A stretch of DNA of 64,000 nt from Candidatus Uhrbacteria bacterium (GCA_023246355.1 JAHFIQ010000001.1:350247-414246), one strand, 5' to 3'. Counted from the stretch's first letter, positions 42,381-53,925 are shown. The notes: generated by a model not told the origin, from the sequence alone. A program made the numbers and translations.

Positions 42381-43143
42381 ATGAGAGCTTCGAGGAAAGC
42401 GTTCCCCAAAGTTGTTCGAAAATGACTCGGTGAAAGTCTGCGAATTCTTTCGATTCAATAATGATAGCCATTTTTTCCTTCCAGGAGGCAACAAGGATTT
42501 TGTTGTTGTAAATGTTGATCTCAGGAGTGAACGTTTCACCTTGGGGAAGAAATCGTGTGGCACGCATTTCAGCTTGATCAAGTTTTGTGCGCTCGATGGA
42601 GACGGCATTTCGTGGAAAAATGGCTCTGATGTACACACCCTTGGCCGCGCGACGTTTGTAGTAGGTTGGAAAGAAGTTTGGTAATGCTTCGTGAACGGTT
42701 TCGACGTTTGCGTAAGCCAGGATTGGTTGCTTAGACGTAAGAGTGTCCTCATAGGCCTCACGCATCCCTTTCTCTCCTTCGTAAAATTGGACTCTCGGCT
42801 TACTTGTAGCCTTGTTTTGAAGTGAGACGAGCTGAGGAATCAGATGTTTGATCTGATTTTTTTGCTTGGTGAGTCGTTCTGTTGTGTTTTCAATCTCACG
42901 ATCAACGTAACTGAGTAGCCGACCAGGATCAAGCGCTCCAAAGTACGTTTGGGATCCTTTTTTGTACTGATTCACCACTCCCTTTTTAAGGAGCAAACCA
43001 AGGATATCGTAAACGGTCGTTCTGTTCACGTCTGCCTTTTTGGCAATTTCTCCCGCTTTTGCGCTCCCAAGTTCCAGGAGGGTCATGTAGATGACCGTTT
43101 CCTTTGATGTGAAGCCAAGTTCTTTGAGGATTTCTTTTAGCAT
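42379..43143 (-). CDS. TrmB-family transcriptional regulator
   Basis: 'LGFTSKE..IY..LLELG...EIAKKA.VNRTTVYDIL..L', 'VQFYEG'. Confidence 0.9.
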   Translation of the reverse strand: MLKEILKELGFTSKETVIYMTLLELGSAKAGEIAKKADVNRTTVYDILGLLLKKGVVNQYKKGSQTYFGALDPGRLLSYVDREIENTTERLTKQKNQIKHLIPQLVSLQNKATSKPRVQFYEGEKGMREAYEDTLTSKQPILAYANVETVHEALPNFFPTYYKRRAAKGVYIRAIFPRNAVSIERTKLDQAEMRATRFLPQGETFTPEINIYNNKILVASWKEKMAIIIESKEFADFHRVIFEQLWGTLSSKLS

Positions 43144-43342
43144 ATTGAAAATTTGTCGAAATAGTTACAACACTTTATTTATATCATTTTAGAGAAAATT
43201 TGGCAAGTTTTGCCAGTGACTGTCCTGGTGTATCTCGACATAAAGTGAAAAAAGTCGTATGATTGTTTTCTTAAGAATGAACGTTATCGGGGCTCCTGCT
43301 CCCGCTCGGTGATGCATAGCCGAGTGGGAGGAGGAAAAATCA

Positions 43343-44677
43343 ATGCCCAACTCAAAAACCCTCTTGATTCAACTGCGATACCCCCATGGTGGCAAATCAC
43401 AGGCCTACTTGCCTGGTGGCATGCTGAATTTCGCGAGCCGTCTGATCGTGGCAGGCGTGGATGTACGTCTTGTCGATCTCAATCTCGACGAGCTTTCCAT
43501 GGCGGATATCATCTGGGCACAGACCATCTGTATCAGTGTGCTAGGAACGCCCTATATTCCATCCGCGATCCGTCTGGTAGAAGAATTGAGGACACGAGGC
43601 TTCACAGGAAAGATTCTCGTGGGTGGTCAAGGTGTTGAGCGGTTTAACCAAGCCGCGTTCGATCGACTGTTTTCTCAGAATGCGATTCAGGCTCATGAGC
43701 AGATGGATCTGCAGGCGATCTTCGGTGCTGAGCTTCCAACACTGCAGGAAGTCTCCATGGTTCCAGCTCTCAAACTTCTCTGCGAAGAACGGCGTGCTCT
43801 TTACCTCTCACAGGAATTCCCGCTCTATCTGTCGCAGGGTTGCAGATTCAGCTGTAATTTTTGTGCAGCAGCAAAGGATCGGCCCGAACGTTACCGTCTG
43901 AAGGAAGCGTTTGAGGGTGAACTCAACTACATCATCTCTGAGCTCATAAGGATTGATGTGTATCGACTGGAAGTTTACATCTCCAATCTTGATGCGTTTC
44001 AAAATCCCGTTCAGCTTGAGCGGATGCTCGAGATGATTCATGATCGCTGTAAGCGCTCTGGGATCGAGGTGCATGTAAGGTGTCTTTCGACCATGGCGAT
44101 GTTCGCGTTTGCTGCACGTAAGGATCCTGAATTGCCAGCGCGACTGAAGTCCTATGGTCTGAGAATCATCGCCTTTGGTGCCGACGGTGGCGACAAGCGT
44201 GTCTGGGCTCGCATGGGCAAGCGCCACAACTCGCTCAAAACGCTCGAGGAAGCTGTGAAGTCCGCGCAGGCCGCTGGGTACCAAGTCGAGATCCTCATGG
44301 TGATTGGCTTTCGTGATGATGATGCCTTGGCGATGTATCGTGCGCTCAGGCTCAGCTTGTACTGGGCAAAACGCGGGTGCATTCTGCGGCCCTATCTTGG
44401 CAAACCCCCCATCGACCACATGGAGTGGGAAGAGCTCAAGCAGTATGTTGAGAGCCCGGATCTGATCGTGAATCTCGACTATGCCGCGTTCGGATCGAGG
44501 AGTACTCATCCCAATGGTCGACAACGACTCATGGTCAACGCAACGTATCTCGCTGTGATGGCAGCGCTCACACCTTTTGGACTCAACACGACGTTCCCGA
44601 TTCTCCCTCTTGAGGGGTCGCGTGTTCGCCGCGCACTCGCGCACACCGTCAACCGGTTCATGCCAGCTGATCGTTAG
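43343..44677 (+). CDS. B12-binding-domain radical SAM protein
   Basis: 'SQGCRFSCNFC' CX3CX2C; N-terminal 'VRLVDLN...ILVGG' cobalamin-binding-like domain. Confidence 0.82.
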   Translation: MPNSKTLLIQLRYPHGGKSQAYLPGGMLNFASRLIVAGVDVRLVDLNLDELSMADIIWAQTICISVLGTPYIPSAIRLVEELRTRGFTGKILVGGQGVERFNQAAFDRLFSQNAIQAHEQMDLQAIFGAELPTLQEVSMVPALKLLCEERRALYLSQEFPLYLSQGCRFSCNFCAAAKDRPERYRLKEAFEGELNYIISELIRIDVYRLEVYISNLDAFQNPVQLERMLEMIHDRCKRSGIEVHVRCLSTMAMFAFAARKDPELPARLKSYGLRIIAFGADGGDKRVWARMGKRHNSLKTLEEAVKSAQAAGYQVEILMVIGFRDDDALAMYRALRLSLYWAKRGCILRPYLGKPPIDHMEWEELKQYVESPDLIVNLDYAAFGSRSTHPNGRQRLMVNATYLAVMAALTPFGLNTTFPILPLEGSRVRRALAHTVNRFMPADR

Positions 44678-44761
44678 TGAAGAGATTTGTAACTGACAGC
44701 TCGTACGAGGGCTGTTTTTCAATTGAGATCGTAAAAAATCTCCCAGGCGGGAGAGTCGGTG

Positions 44762-45693
44762 TCACTCATCAGGAAATGGATTCAGCAGTTCCTCCAGAAG
44801 CGCCATGCGGACGTAGAGTCCGTTTTGTGCTTGGCGGAAGTATGCCGCGCGTGGGTCCTCATCAAACCAGGTGGGGATCTCGGAGTTTCTCGGAAGTGGA
44901 TGCATGACCACCGTGTCGATCTTCATGGCTGCCACCAGTTCAGGAGTCAGCGCGTAGCTACTCCCGTCCAGGGCGATTCCACCCAGATCTTCAAACCGTT
45001 CCTTTTGGACACGCGTCATGTAGATCACGTCTGCTGTGGACGCGACTTCCTGAAGCGTACCGTATTCATGCACCGTACACCCTGCGGCGATGAGCTCTTG
45101 GAGAAGACGTTCGGGAAGACGCAGACCGTCAGGTGAGACAAAGCTCATGCACGTGCCGTACATGGCAAGGAGCCGAGCAAGGGAGTGAACCGTGCGGCCA
45201 TGTTTCAGGTCGCCGACGAACACCACATGCTGCTTGGCTGGATCCCCACACTCTTCCAGGATGGTGAACAGGTCCAGAAGCGCTTGGGTGGGATGCTCCC
45301 CAGGACCGTCTCCGGCGTTGATCACGGGCACGGTGCTGGCCGCTGCCGCAATCGCTGCGCTCCCGTCATCGAAATGACGAAGCACGATCACATCCAGATA
45401 ACAGCACAGCGTTCGGATGGAATCAGGGAGGGATTCGCCCTTTTGGGCGCTGGAGAAGACCCCGGCGTTTTCTGTGGTGATCACGTTCCCTCCCAGGCGT
45501 AGCATCGACGCCTCAAAGGAGAAACGTGTACGCGTCGAGGGTTCGAAGAAGACCGCTCCCATGATCCGGTTTGCGAGGATCGAGCATTGACCACGTTTGA
45601 CGATGCCACGCATTTCGCGCACGCGCGCGAACAGTCTGTCGATTCTCGTTTTGTCGAATTGTCTGACACTCAGGACATGCTGGATGGGGGCAT
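44762..45693 (-). CDS. pyrB: Aspartate carbamoyltransferase (5' end out of frame at ATG-C5; possible frameshift)
   Basis: FFEPSTRT, 'NAGDG.GEHPTQALLD', 'MHPLPR'; homology extends upstream of the called GTG at 45622. Confidence 0.92.
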
Positions 45694-45779
45694 GGTTCTC
45701 TCAGGTTCCAAGGGAAGCCTACTCAATTACAGACGTCTTGCCAAGCAAGAGAGTTTGAGGCATTATTGCACGCGTAACT

Positions 45780-45854
45780 GCGGGTATCGTATAGCGGTTA
45801 TTATCTCAGTTTTCCAAACTGATGATGCGGGTTCGACTCCCGCTACCCGCTCCA
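45780..45854 (+). tRNA. tRNA-Gly(TCC)
   Basis: TCAGT-TT-TCC-AA-ACTGA arm, GCGGGTA/TACCCGC acceptor, U73, CCA. Confidence 0.95.
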
Positions 45855-45855
45855 T

Positions 45856-45931
45856 CGGGACGTAGCTCAGTAGGTAGAGCGCCTGGTTTGGGACCAGGAG
45901 GCCGCAGGTTCGAGCCCTGTCGTCCCGACCA
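45856..45931 (+). tRNA. tRNA-Pro(TGG)
   Basis: CCTGG-TT-TGG-GA-CCAGG arm, C1:G72, CCA. Confidence 0.95.
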
Positions 45932-45988
45932 CAGCACACGGTGATCCAAGCCGTGTTTTGTGTTATCATGAAGATCTGGAAATCTTTT

Positions 45989-46507
45989 ATGGACGAAACA
46001 AAAAAGGGCTTCACTTTTATTGAACTCATCGTCATTCTGGCCATCGTAGGATTGTTGGTCGCGTTTGTATTTGTCGCTCTCAATCCTACAGATCGACTGG
46101 AGCAAGCACATGATGCTGTTCGGCAAACGGACGTTGAAAAAATCTTGTCTGCCTTGGAAGCCTATCAGGCAGATCATGAGGGAAGCGATCTTCCGACGGT
46201 TTCTGCGCTTGAGAATGAGAATGTCTACATGATTGTTGATGGTGCGATGGCAGTGGGGTGCGATGACCAGAATGCCGCGTGCGATACATCGGTGACGGAC
46301 GATACGGCATGTGTGGATCTGGGTGAACTTGCGGATACGTACTTGTCGGTCGTGCCCGTCAGTCCCTCTGGTCATGTAACCTGGGATCACGGTTCAGTCG
46401 ATGGCGATACAGGGACTGGGTATACCTTGCAAACACAGGAGGGCGGTGTGATCCACATCCGTGCCTGTGAGTCAGAGGCCACGACCGAGATTGAAGCCTC
46501 AAGATAA
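45989..46507 (+). CDS. Type IV pilin-like protein
   Basis: Class III signal 'KKG|FTFIELIVILAIVGLL'; 'D..R..DV..I..ALE.Y'; several Cys. Confidence 0.88.
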   Translation: MDETKKGFTFIELIVILAIVGLLVAFVFVALNPTDRLEQAHDAVRQTDVEKILSALEAYQADHEGSDLPTVSALENENVYMIVDGAMAVGCDDQNAACDTSVTDDTACVDLGELADTYLSVVPVSPSGHVTWDHGSVDGDTGTGYTLQTQEGGVIHIRACESEATTEIEASR

Positions 46508-46589
46508 AGTACAAACAAATCGCCCTTAAAAGAGGGCGATTTTTGTATTGCCAAGCGTTTAGCGATTTGATATATTAATCGCGCTTTAC

Positions 46590-46666
46590 GGGCGTGTAGC
46601 TCAGGTGGTTAGAGCGTTACACTGATAATGTAAAGGTCGATGGTTCGAGTCCATCCACGCCCACCA
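46590..46666 (+). tRNA. tRNA-Ile(GAT)
   Basis: TTACA-CT-GAT-AA-TGTAA arm, CCA. Confidence 0.95.
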
Positions 46667-46699
46667 GTCGACATCCAAAATTGGATGTCTATCATTCGC

Positions 46700-46774
<75 letters not shown>

Positions 46775-47053
46775 AAAGATGCGAGTAAGAAAAACACCCG
46801 CCGTTCAGGCGCGTGTTTTTTCGTTTCCAAATCTTACCCACTGTGTGATTGCAACGTGCTATTCCAGCTTTCAATCTTTCAATTGAACTGTCCTGATCAA
46901 ACCTTGTCGTTAAGAAACGACAAGGTCTGGTTGCTTCGCCTCGCTCGGAAGTGATCGAGCAAGCTCGACACTTCTCTCACTTCGGCTCGCAATCAAACTG
47001 TTTGATCTCGACCTAGGATCTGTCTTCAACCGAGGTTGAAGAGATATCCCTAA

Positions 47054-48553
<1,500 letters not shown>

Positions 48554-48766
48554 AATTTGACGATACTCCGGATGGGGTACCATCAAACTCTGATATTTTT
48601 GTAAGGAATGTACGTTGCAATCACACAATAGATAAGGTTGTGTGATCATTTGGTAGATTTGGTTTGGTTCAGTTGTAAGGATCGCGCAAAGCCACATTTT
48701 AAAACCCTCTTGAGCCTAAGCTCAGGAGAGCTTCACCGGACTCGTTCACTTGTAACTTGCGGCAGC

Positions 48767-48795
48767 ATTGTAGGAAAAGCCCAGAATAGTGTCAA
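48767..48795 (-). promoter_or_regulatory. 16S rRNA promoter
   Basis: TTGACA-N17-TACAAT on the minus strand. Confidence 0.7.
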
Positions 48796-48843
48796 GGACG
48801 GTGACGGGTGGGTTGGGGAAAGGCCGTGGATAGCTTGATTGAT

Positions 48844-48872
48844 TGACAAAGACGCCTATTTTCAGTATGATT
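48844..48872 (+). promoter_or_regulatory. khpA promoter
   Basis: TTGACA-N17-TATGAT. Confidence 0.65.
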
Positions 48873-48996
48873 TATCTGTTCCTGACTTTCGTCTCTGGCG
48901 CGCAGTCCATGCCGCGGGTCGACAGACAAGACGGGGTCAAGATACAGAAAATAAGGTGATAGGGAAACCTATTAGCCAATTAAAGATGCAACTGAT

Positions 48997-49380
48997 ATGG
49001 CTGACAAGCTTTTCGACCAGGAGTTCGTCGAATATATTGTTCGGGCAATCGTCAATCATCCAGATGACGTGAAGACCGAGCGAATCGTAGACGAACGCGG
49101 CGTGCTCATTACTCTTCACATCAATCAAGAGGACATGGGGTACGTCATCGGTCGCCAGGGTCAGACCGCTCGCGCGGTTCGCACATTGCTCAAGATCGTT
49201 GGCGCCAAAGAAAATGCGCGCGTCAACTTGAAGATCTACGAGCCAGAAGGTTCTCGTCGCCCACGTCGTGAAGAAGGTGATCGCCCTGTGCGGGATGATC
49301 GTCCTGCCTACAACGACCGCGGCGCCACGGATTCCTTCAGCGGATCGAGCGACTCGTCTGTAGATGATCTCGGGATTTAA
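48997..49380 (+). CDS. khpA: KH-domain RNA-binding protein KhpA
   Basis: 'FVEYIVRAIVNHPDDV', 'DMGYVIGRQGQTARAVRTL'. Confidence 0.9.
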   Translation: MADKLFDQEFVEYIVRAIVNHPDDVKTERIVDERGVLITLHINQEDMGYVIGRQGQTARAVRTLLKIVGAKENARVNLKIYEPEGSRRPRREEGDRPVRDDRPAYNDRGATDSFSGSSDSSVDDLGI

Positions 49381-49439
49381 ACGCAGAGGTCTGTAGAGTG
49401 AAATCAAAAATCGACTCCTGTTACGGGAGTCGATTTTGT

Positions 49440-51551
49440 TTACTCAATGACGAGAACGTACAAATTTCCATCTGTGAAAAATTGGTCGCCCGTGAAATTT
49501 TCTCCCAGCACAGGATGAACAAATTGAATCGTTTGCTCAAGGTGAGCGGCGGTTGAGGTTTGAAGATCAGAGAGAAGGAGGTCGCGTTCGGTATCCACGT
49601 CTGGTTCGATTTTGTGTGTCACTCCCCATTTGAGTCCTGAATCAAAACTCGCGGTTCCGACATACACGTGGAAGCCATCTGGCGTGATGAGGTTCGTGCG
49701 CCAAAACCGTGCGTGGTGGCGTTCTCGGATGCTGTCCTCATCCGTTGCTTTTTGGAATCCGAAGTCATTCACCTGTGCATCCCAAAAGGCAGGTGTCATC
49801 GGAGCGGTTGCGTACCCTTCGTTCAAAAAGGCCGCCTGGGTGATTTTCAAAATGGTGTGCAGGGTTATCGCCTCGGCCCTCTGCCAGTGAGCCTGTGAAA
49901 AGACGTTCACAAGGTCATCATCTGATTTGGCCAGCACAAGGAAACTCAGGGGCTCTCGTGCGTTTCCCAGGAGGTCTTCTGAATACCGTGGAAGCATTCC
50001 ACCGGAAAAGGCGGAAAGAGGGTCGTGAACGGTTTCAACGGTTTGTGCTTGTGCGTTGAGTGTCTCGATGACGGGTTTGGTTGAAAAAAAGATATAGCCA
50101 AGTGAAGCGAGAATAACCGGGGACAAGACGACCGTTGTGAGAACTCGGAAGCGAAGACTTTTTTGTTTCGTGATGGGTTGGAGTTTGGGTGTGATTTTCC
50201 ATTCGCACAACGAGATCCCGATGATGAGCCAGATCATCCCAAGGACATATCCTCCCAGCACGTCGCTTAAATAGTGGACACCAAGATAGAGTCGGCTGAA
50301 TCCAACCGTCAGGATCAGGACAGCAGACAGGAGCAAGGCGTTTAAACGGATATTTCGGTTTACAACGGTTCGCCAAATGAGATAGGCGAGGAACCCATAA
50401 AACACCACGGCCACGGTTGCATGACCACTGGGAAACGAAAAAGAGTCTTCGGCGTACACCGCGAGTGCAGGTCTTTCTCGTTGAACAATGACCTTTCCCA
50501 AGAGAGCCAACACTTGAGCGCCCAGGAGGGAAGTCCACAACGGGACAATAAATTTTTTGTTGTGCCAGAGAAAGAGAAACAAGGAGAGCCCCAGTGACCA
50601 TAGGATGATCACTTTCCAATTTCCGAGTTGCGTGAGCCACAGGAGAACTTCTGTTGCGCGTGGGTTGCGGAAAAAGTACAGCAGATTTTCGATGCGGATG
50701 TCTGCCTCTACGATCGGGTCAGAGGCGATCACGTCTTGAATGAGCCCTCCCAACGTTGCGATCGCCCAGAGCATGGCCATGACGAGAAAAGAGAGGGGGA
50801 GGCCTGAGAATCGTTGCAGAGACAGGCGGTGTTGGAAAAAATGAATCAGCCTGGGGTGGTTCTGAATGAATTTTTTTACATCAGGATTTGTTTCCATGGC
50901 AGTGCGTTGGGATGTGAGGAGGGAAACCGTGACTCTCCACAGATGTGGTCCATAACGACCCATCAGATAACGGACCAACAGAAGCAACGCGAAACATCCC
51001 AGCAGCACGAGCAGCAGAAATCCAACCCGCGACGACCAGGTGAGAGCCGTCTCCCAGGCTTGACCGAAGATCCATCCCAGGGTGAGATAGGCCGCAGCAC
51101 TCGCAAATCCACTGAGCACATTCCATACGTAAAAATTCAGACGTTTCATTCCCAGCATCCCTGAGAGGTAGGGAACAAAGCCTCGGATGGGTCCGATGAA
51201 TCGCGCAAAGAGAATACTTTTTCCACCATGGTCATCAATAAATTTTTCAGATCGCTCAACGAGTTTTTTGGGGAACTTGAGAAGCAGTCGATTTTGCAGT
51301 CGGGTGGAGGCGCCAAGGGTGTAGGCAAGGGCATCACCCAAAATGCCCCCAGCCCCCGCAAACCAAATCAGATCCCCAAGATCAAGCACGCCCATTTTGG
51401 AAAGAAACCCAGCGAACAAAAGCACGATCGCTCCGGGGATGATGAGACCTACCAGCGGTATGGATTCGAGCACGGCAACCAAAAAAATGATCCAGTAACT
51501 GAAGAGACCAAGATTTGTTATAGTAGGGAGCAGTTCGTTCACGTGTATCAT
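49440..51551 (-). CDS. DedA + PAP2 phosphatase + LssY C-terminal domain membrane protein
   Basis: 'FARFIGPIR' (DedA); 'RERP', 'SFPSGH', 'SRLYLGVHYLSDV' (PAP2); 'RHHARFW', 'THKIEPDVDTERD' (LssY_C). Confidence 0.88.
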   Translation of the reverse strand: MIHVNELLPTITNLGLFSYWIIFLVAVLESIPLVGLIIPGAIVLLFAGFLSKMGVLDLGDLIWFAGAGGILGDALAYTLGASTRLQNRLLLKFPKKLVERSEKFIDDHGGKSILFARFIGPIRGFVPYLSGMLGMKRLNFYVWNVLSGFASAAAYLTLGWIFGQAWETALTWSSRVGFLLLVLLGCFALLLLVRYLMGRYGPHLWRVTVSLLTSQRTAMETNPDVKKFIQNHPRLIHFFQHRLSLQRFSGLPLSFLVMAMLWAIATLGGLIQDVIASDPIVEADIRIENLLYFFRNPRATEVLLWLTQLGNWKVIILWSLGLSLFLFLWHNKKFIVPLWTSLLGAQVLALLGKVIVQRERPALAVYAEDSFSFPSGHATVAVVFYGFLAYLIWRTVVNRNIRLNALLLSAVLILTVGFSRLYLGVHYLSDVLGGYVLGMIWLIIGISLCEWKITPKLQPITKQKSLRFRVLTTVVLSPVILASLGYIFFSTKPVIETLNAQAQTVETVHDPLSAFSGGMLPRYSEDLLGNAREPLSFLVLAKSDDDLVNVFSQAHWQRAEAITLHTILKITQAAFLNEGYATAPMTPAFWDAQVNDFGFQKATDEDSIRERHHARFWRTNLITPDGFHVYVGTASFDSGLKWGVTHKIEPDVDTERDLLLSDLQTSTAAHLEQTIQFVHPVLGENFTGDQFFTDGNLYVLVIE

Positions 51552-51590
51552 AGCGACCCCATGATCTCACTTTTTATGGCCAAACTCAAG

Positions 51591-52253
51591 ATGAAACAAT
51601 TTGAGGTGATCACTCTTTTTCCCGAGGTTGTTGAACCCTATGTGCAGGCGTCAATTTTAGGTCGGGCACAGAAAGCCAAACGCATTGAGGTACGCGCTCA
51701 CCAGTTACGTGACTGGTCCGTGGACAAACACCACAAAGTTGACGACACGCCCTACGGCGGCGGGCCGGGGATGGTGATGAAGGTGGATGTGTTTGAGTCT
51801 GCGGTGCGCATGGTAGCCGCAGGCTTCAGCCTGCGCCGAAAAAAGAAGACGCGTGTGATCCTCACCTCAGCTTCAGGAAAGACCTTCACGCAGGCCGATG
51901 CCAGGCGACTCGCAAAATACGATCAGCTGATTTTTTTGTGTGGACGCTACGAAGGCGTCGATCAGCGTGTTGAGGATCATGTTGCAGACGAAGCGCTCTC
52001 GATCGGCCAGTACGTTTTGACCGGTGGCGAACTTCCAGCGCTGGTCATGATCGATGCGATCGCGCGGTTGGTACCAGGCGTCATTGAAAAAGAATCGCTC
52101 ACGCGCGAGTCACACAGTGAAGAAGGCTACCGGGAACATCCTCAGTACACCAAACCGCCTGTTTATAAAAAATGGAAGGTGCCAGAGGTATTGCTTTCAG
52201 GGGACCATAAAAAAATTGAAGAATGGAGAAAAGCCTTTTCGGCTCATCAATAG
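51591..52253 (+). CDS. trmD: tRNA (guanine-N1)-methyltransferase TrmD
   Basis: 'VDDTPYGGGPGMVM', 'CGRYEGVDQR', 'SIGQYVLTGGE'. Confidence 0.97.
   Translation: MKQFEVITLFPEVVEPYVQASILGRAQKAKRIEVRAHQLRDWSVDKHHKVDDTPYGGGPGMVMKVDVFESAVRMVAAGFSLRRKKKTRVILTSASGKTFTQADARRLAKYDQLIFLCGRYEGVDQRVEDHVADEALSIGQYVLTGGELPALVMIDAIARLVPGVIEKESLTRESHSEEGYREHPQYTKPPVYKKWKVPEVLLSGDHKKIEEWRKAFSAHQ
51810..51835 (+). repeat. GTAG-type REP-like palindrome, copy 1 (inside trmD)
   Basis: atgGTAGc-cgcaggct-tc-agcctgcg; 25/26 identical to 60453-60478. Confidence 0.75.
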
Positions 52254-52302
52254 CATAAAAAATCCGTCCTTGTGGGACGGATTTTTTTGGACCCGGATCG
52301 GT

Positions 52303-52378
52303 TGGTGGACCCGACGGGATTTGAACCCGTGATCTCCGGTGTCAAAACGGATGAGGTTACCGCTACCTCCACGGGCCC
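52303..52378 (-). tRNA. Atypical tRNA, isotype undetermined (G3:U70 acceptor; anticodon loop UUUGACA)
   Basis: 7-bp acceptor, GAGG/CCTC D-stem, GGTTCAAATCC T-arm, ACCA end; anticodon stem has a U:C mismatch. Confidence 0.75.
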
Positions 52379-52591
52379 GTGCGATCCGGGATAAATAAAA
52401 CCCCCAACTTTAAGACCCATCGGCCTAAAATTTGGGGGGATTTTATTTTGACACCGGAATGAAGGCATGCGCCTCATCCGTCTAGTTACAGTTCATCACA
52501 TAATTTACTGAACGTCAAGGTGATGCTGTTGATAAATTAAAAAAACAGCAGATGCGTCTGCTGCTACGAATGACTGAAACACGTGTTGGGC

Positions 52592-52792
52592 CTAGATCGT
52601 GAAGAGGATGCCGTGAGGGAGGAACTGCACTACGGGCGGTGGGCCAGAACCGTCATCGACGAGAATCTCGTACAGCGCCCATCCTGAACCCTGTGTGACA
52701 AGGCGATGGTTCGGATTCGTGGCGAGATCCTGTCCGGCCGTGCGGTTGGGACTGGGGAACCAGAATGGGAAGAGATAACGGAGAACTTTCAT
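52592..52792 (-). CDS. Small hypothetical protein
   Basis: GAGGTG SD before ATG, 66 aa. Confidence 0.4.
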   Translation of the reverse strand: MKVLRYLFPFWFPSPNRTAGQDLATNPNHRLVTQGSGWALYEILVDDGSGPPPVVQFLPHGILFTI

Positions 52793-52922
52793 GGCCACAC
52801 CTCGTTTGGAGGCTAACATTTGTTTTTAAAACAATCAAGCGTGCGTACTAAAAGATTCGGATCCGTGTAAAGTGATTGACGTATGAGCCTCCTTGGCCTA
52901 GGGTGGCGACTGAGGAGGGGAC

Positions 52923-53384
52923 ATGCCTCTGTCTGATCCATCTTGCCCACCGACGTTTTCGGAAATTTATCGACTCTTGGACATCAGTCTAAGAGGCGGA
53001 AGGCAACAACATGCGCAAGCCCTGAGTGAATTTCGGACGTGCGAGAGGGATCTCCGCTACGCCATGGCAAACGCACATCTCGACCGGCAACGCGTCATCA
53101 AGGCGGGAAAAGATCTTGACGCGGCAAAGCGTAGAGAGGCAGAAGCGAAGCACGTTTTGGTCCTTCTGGAAGACACAGGGTTTCGTCGCGAGCTCGCCAA
53201 TTTGGACATGCATTGGCGGCGGTTCCGGATGTCTCACATGGGAGCTAGCAACGACCGATTTGCTGATCTGATGATGGGAGCGCCCGAGGAACAAACCCAC
53301 GAGCTGCGCGCATCGTGGAAACGCATCAGCGACCTCATCGCGGCCAAGGCCACTGCAACACCCACGTCCGCTCTGATACTCTAG
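52923..53384 (+). CDS. Hypothetical helical protein
   Basis: TTGACG-N17-TAGGGT, GAGGAGG SD, downstream hairpin and T tract. Confidence 0.6.
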   Translation: MPLSDPSCPPTFSEIYRLLDISLRGGRQQHAQALSEFRTCERDLRYAMANAHLDRQRVIKAGKDLDAAKRREAEAKHVLVLLEDTGFRRELANLDMHWRRFRMSHMGASNDRFADLMMGAPEEQTHELRASWKRISDLIAAKATATPTSALIL

Positions 53385-53451
53385 CCAACGACCGAACGGG
53401 TCGTTTTTCTTTTGGAATTGAAAAGCTCCGACAATGTCGGAGCCGTGGGGA

Positions 53452-53925
53452 TCAGGAGATGGGCACGCGCAGAGCGAGGGACTGCTCGAAGCGGTGCGTG
53501 AAGTAGTACTGACCCGTGGCCGTGAGGACCGCAAGGCGCTGTGCTGGCACGATCGTCTTTTCGAGCTGCGCGCGCAGGGGCTCCCACTGTGCCTTCCCCC
53601 AGGCCAGGCCGAAGAGGAAGTACTCGTAGCTGATCCAGCTAGCCCTGTGGAAGGCGAAGTCGCCCTGGTGCTTGTTCGTCCGCCTCTCCCGCAGGATGAC
53701 GATCTGGCCGGCAGCGACCAGTCCCTCCATGAAGGAGAGGATGCAGGCGCCACGCGAAAGCGGGGTGCCGTTTGGCATGAGGAGTTGGATCTGCACCCGG
53801 GGGTTGATCCACCAGGACTTGGCTCCTTGTTGAACGTGCACGGCGCGCTCCTCGTACGAATGACCTTGGCGCGTGACGATGATGACCGAGTTGCTGTAGG
53901 TGTTGGTGAAGGGTTGGTAGACCAC
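53452..53925 (-). CDS. Hypothetical protein
   Basis: GAGGA SD, C/G-ending codon bias like the other cassette genes. Confidence 0.55.
   Translation of the reverse strand: MVYQPFTNTYSNSVIIVTRQGHSYEERAVHVQQGAKSWWINPRVQIQLLMPNGTPLSRGACILSFMEGLVAAGQIVILRERRTNKHQGDFAFHRASWISYEYFLFGLAWGKAQWEPLRAQLEKTIVPAQRLAVLTATGQYYFTHRFEQSLALRVPIS

Noticed and set aside
51228-51590. N-terminal extension of TrmD
   Set aside because: It overlaps the opposite-strand DedA gene; TrmD homology starts at 51591
52303-52378. tmRNA 3' end
   Set aside because: A complete D-arm and the matching 5' acceptor strand lie within 76 nt; no tag reading frame was found
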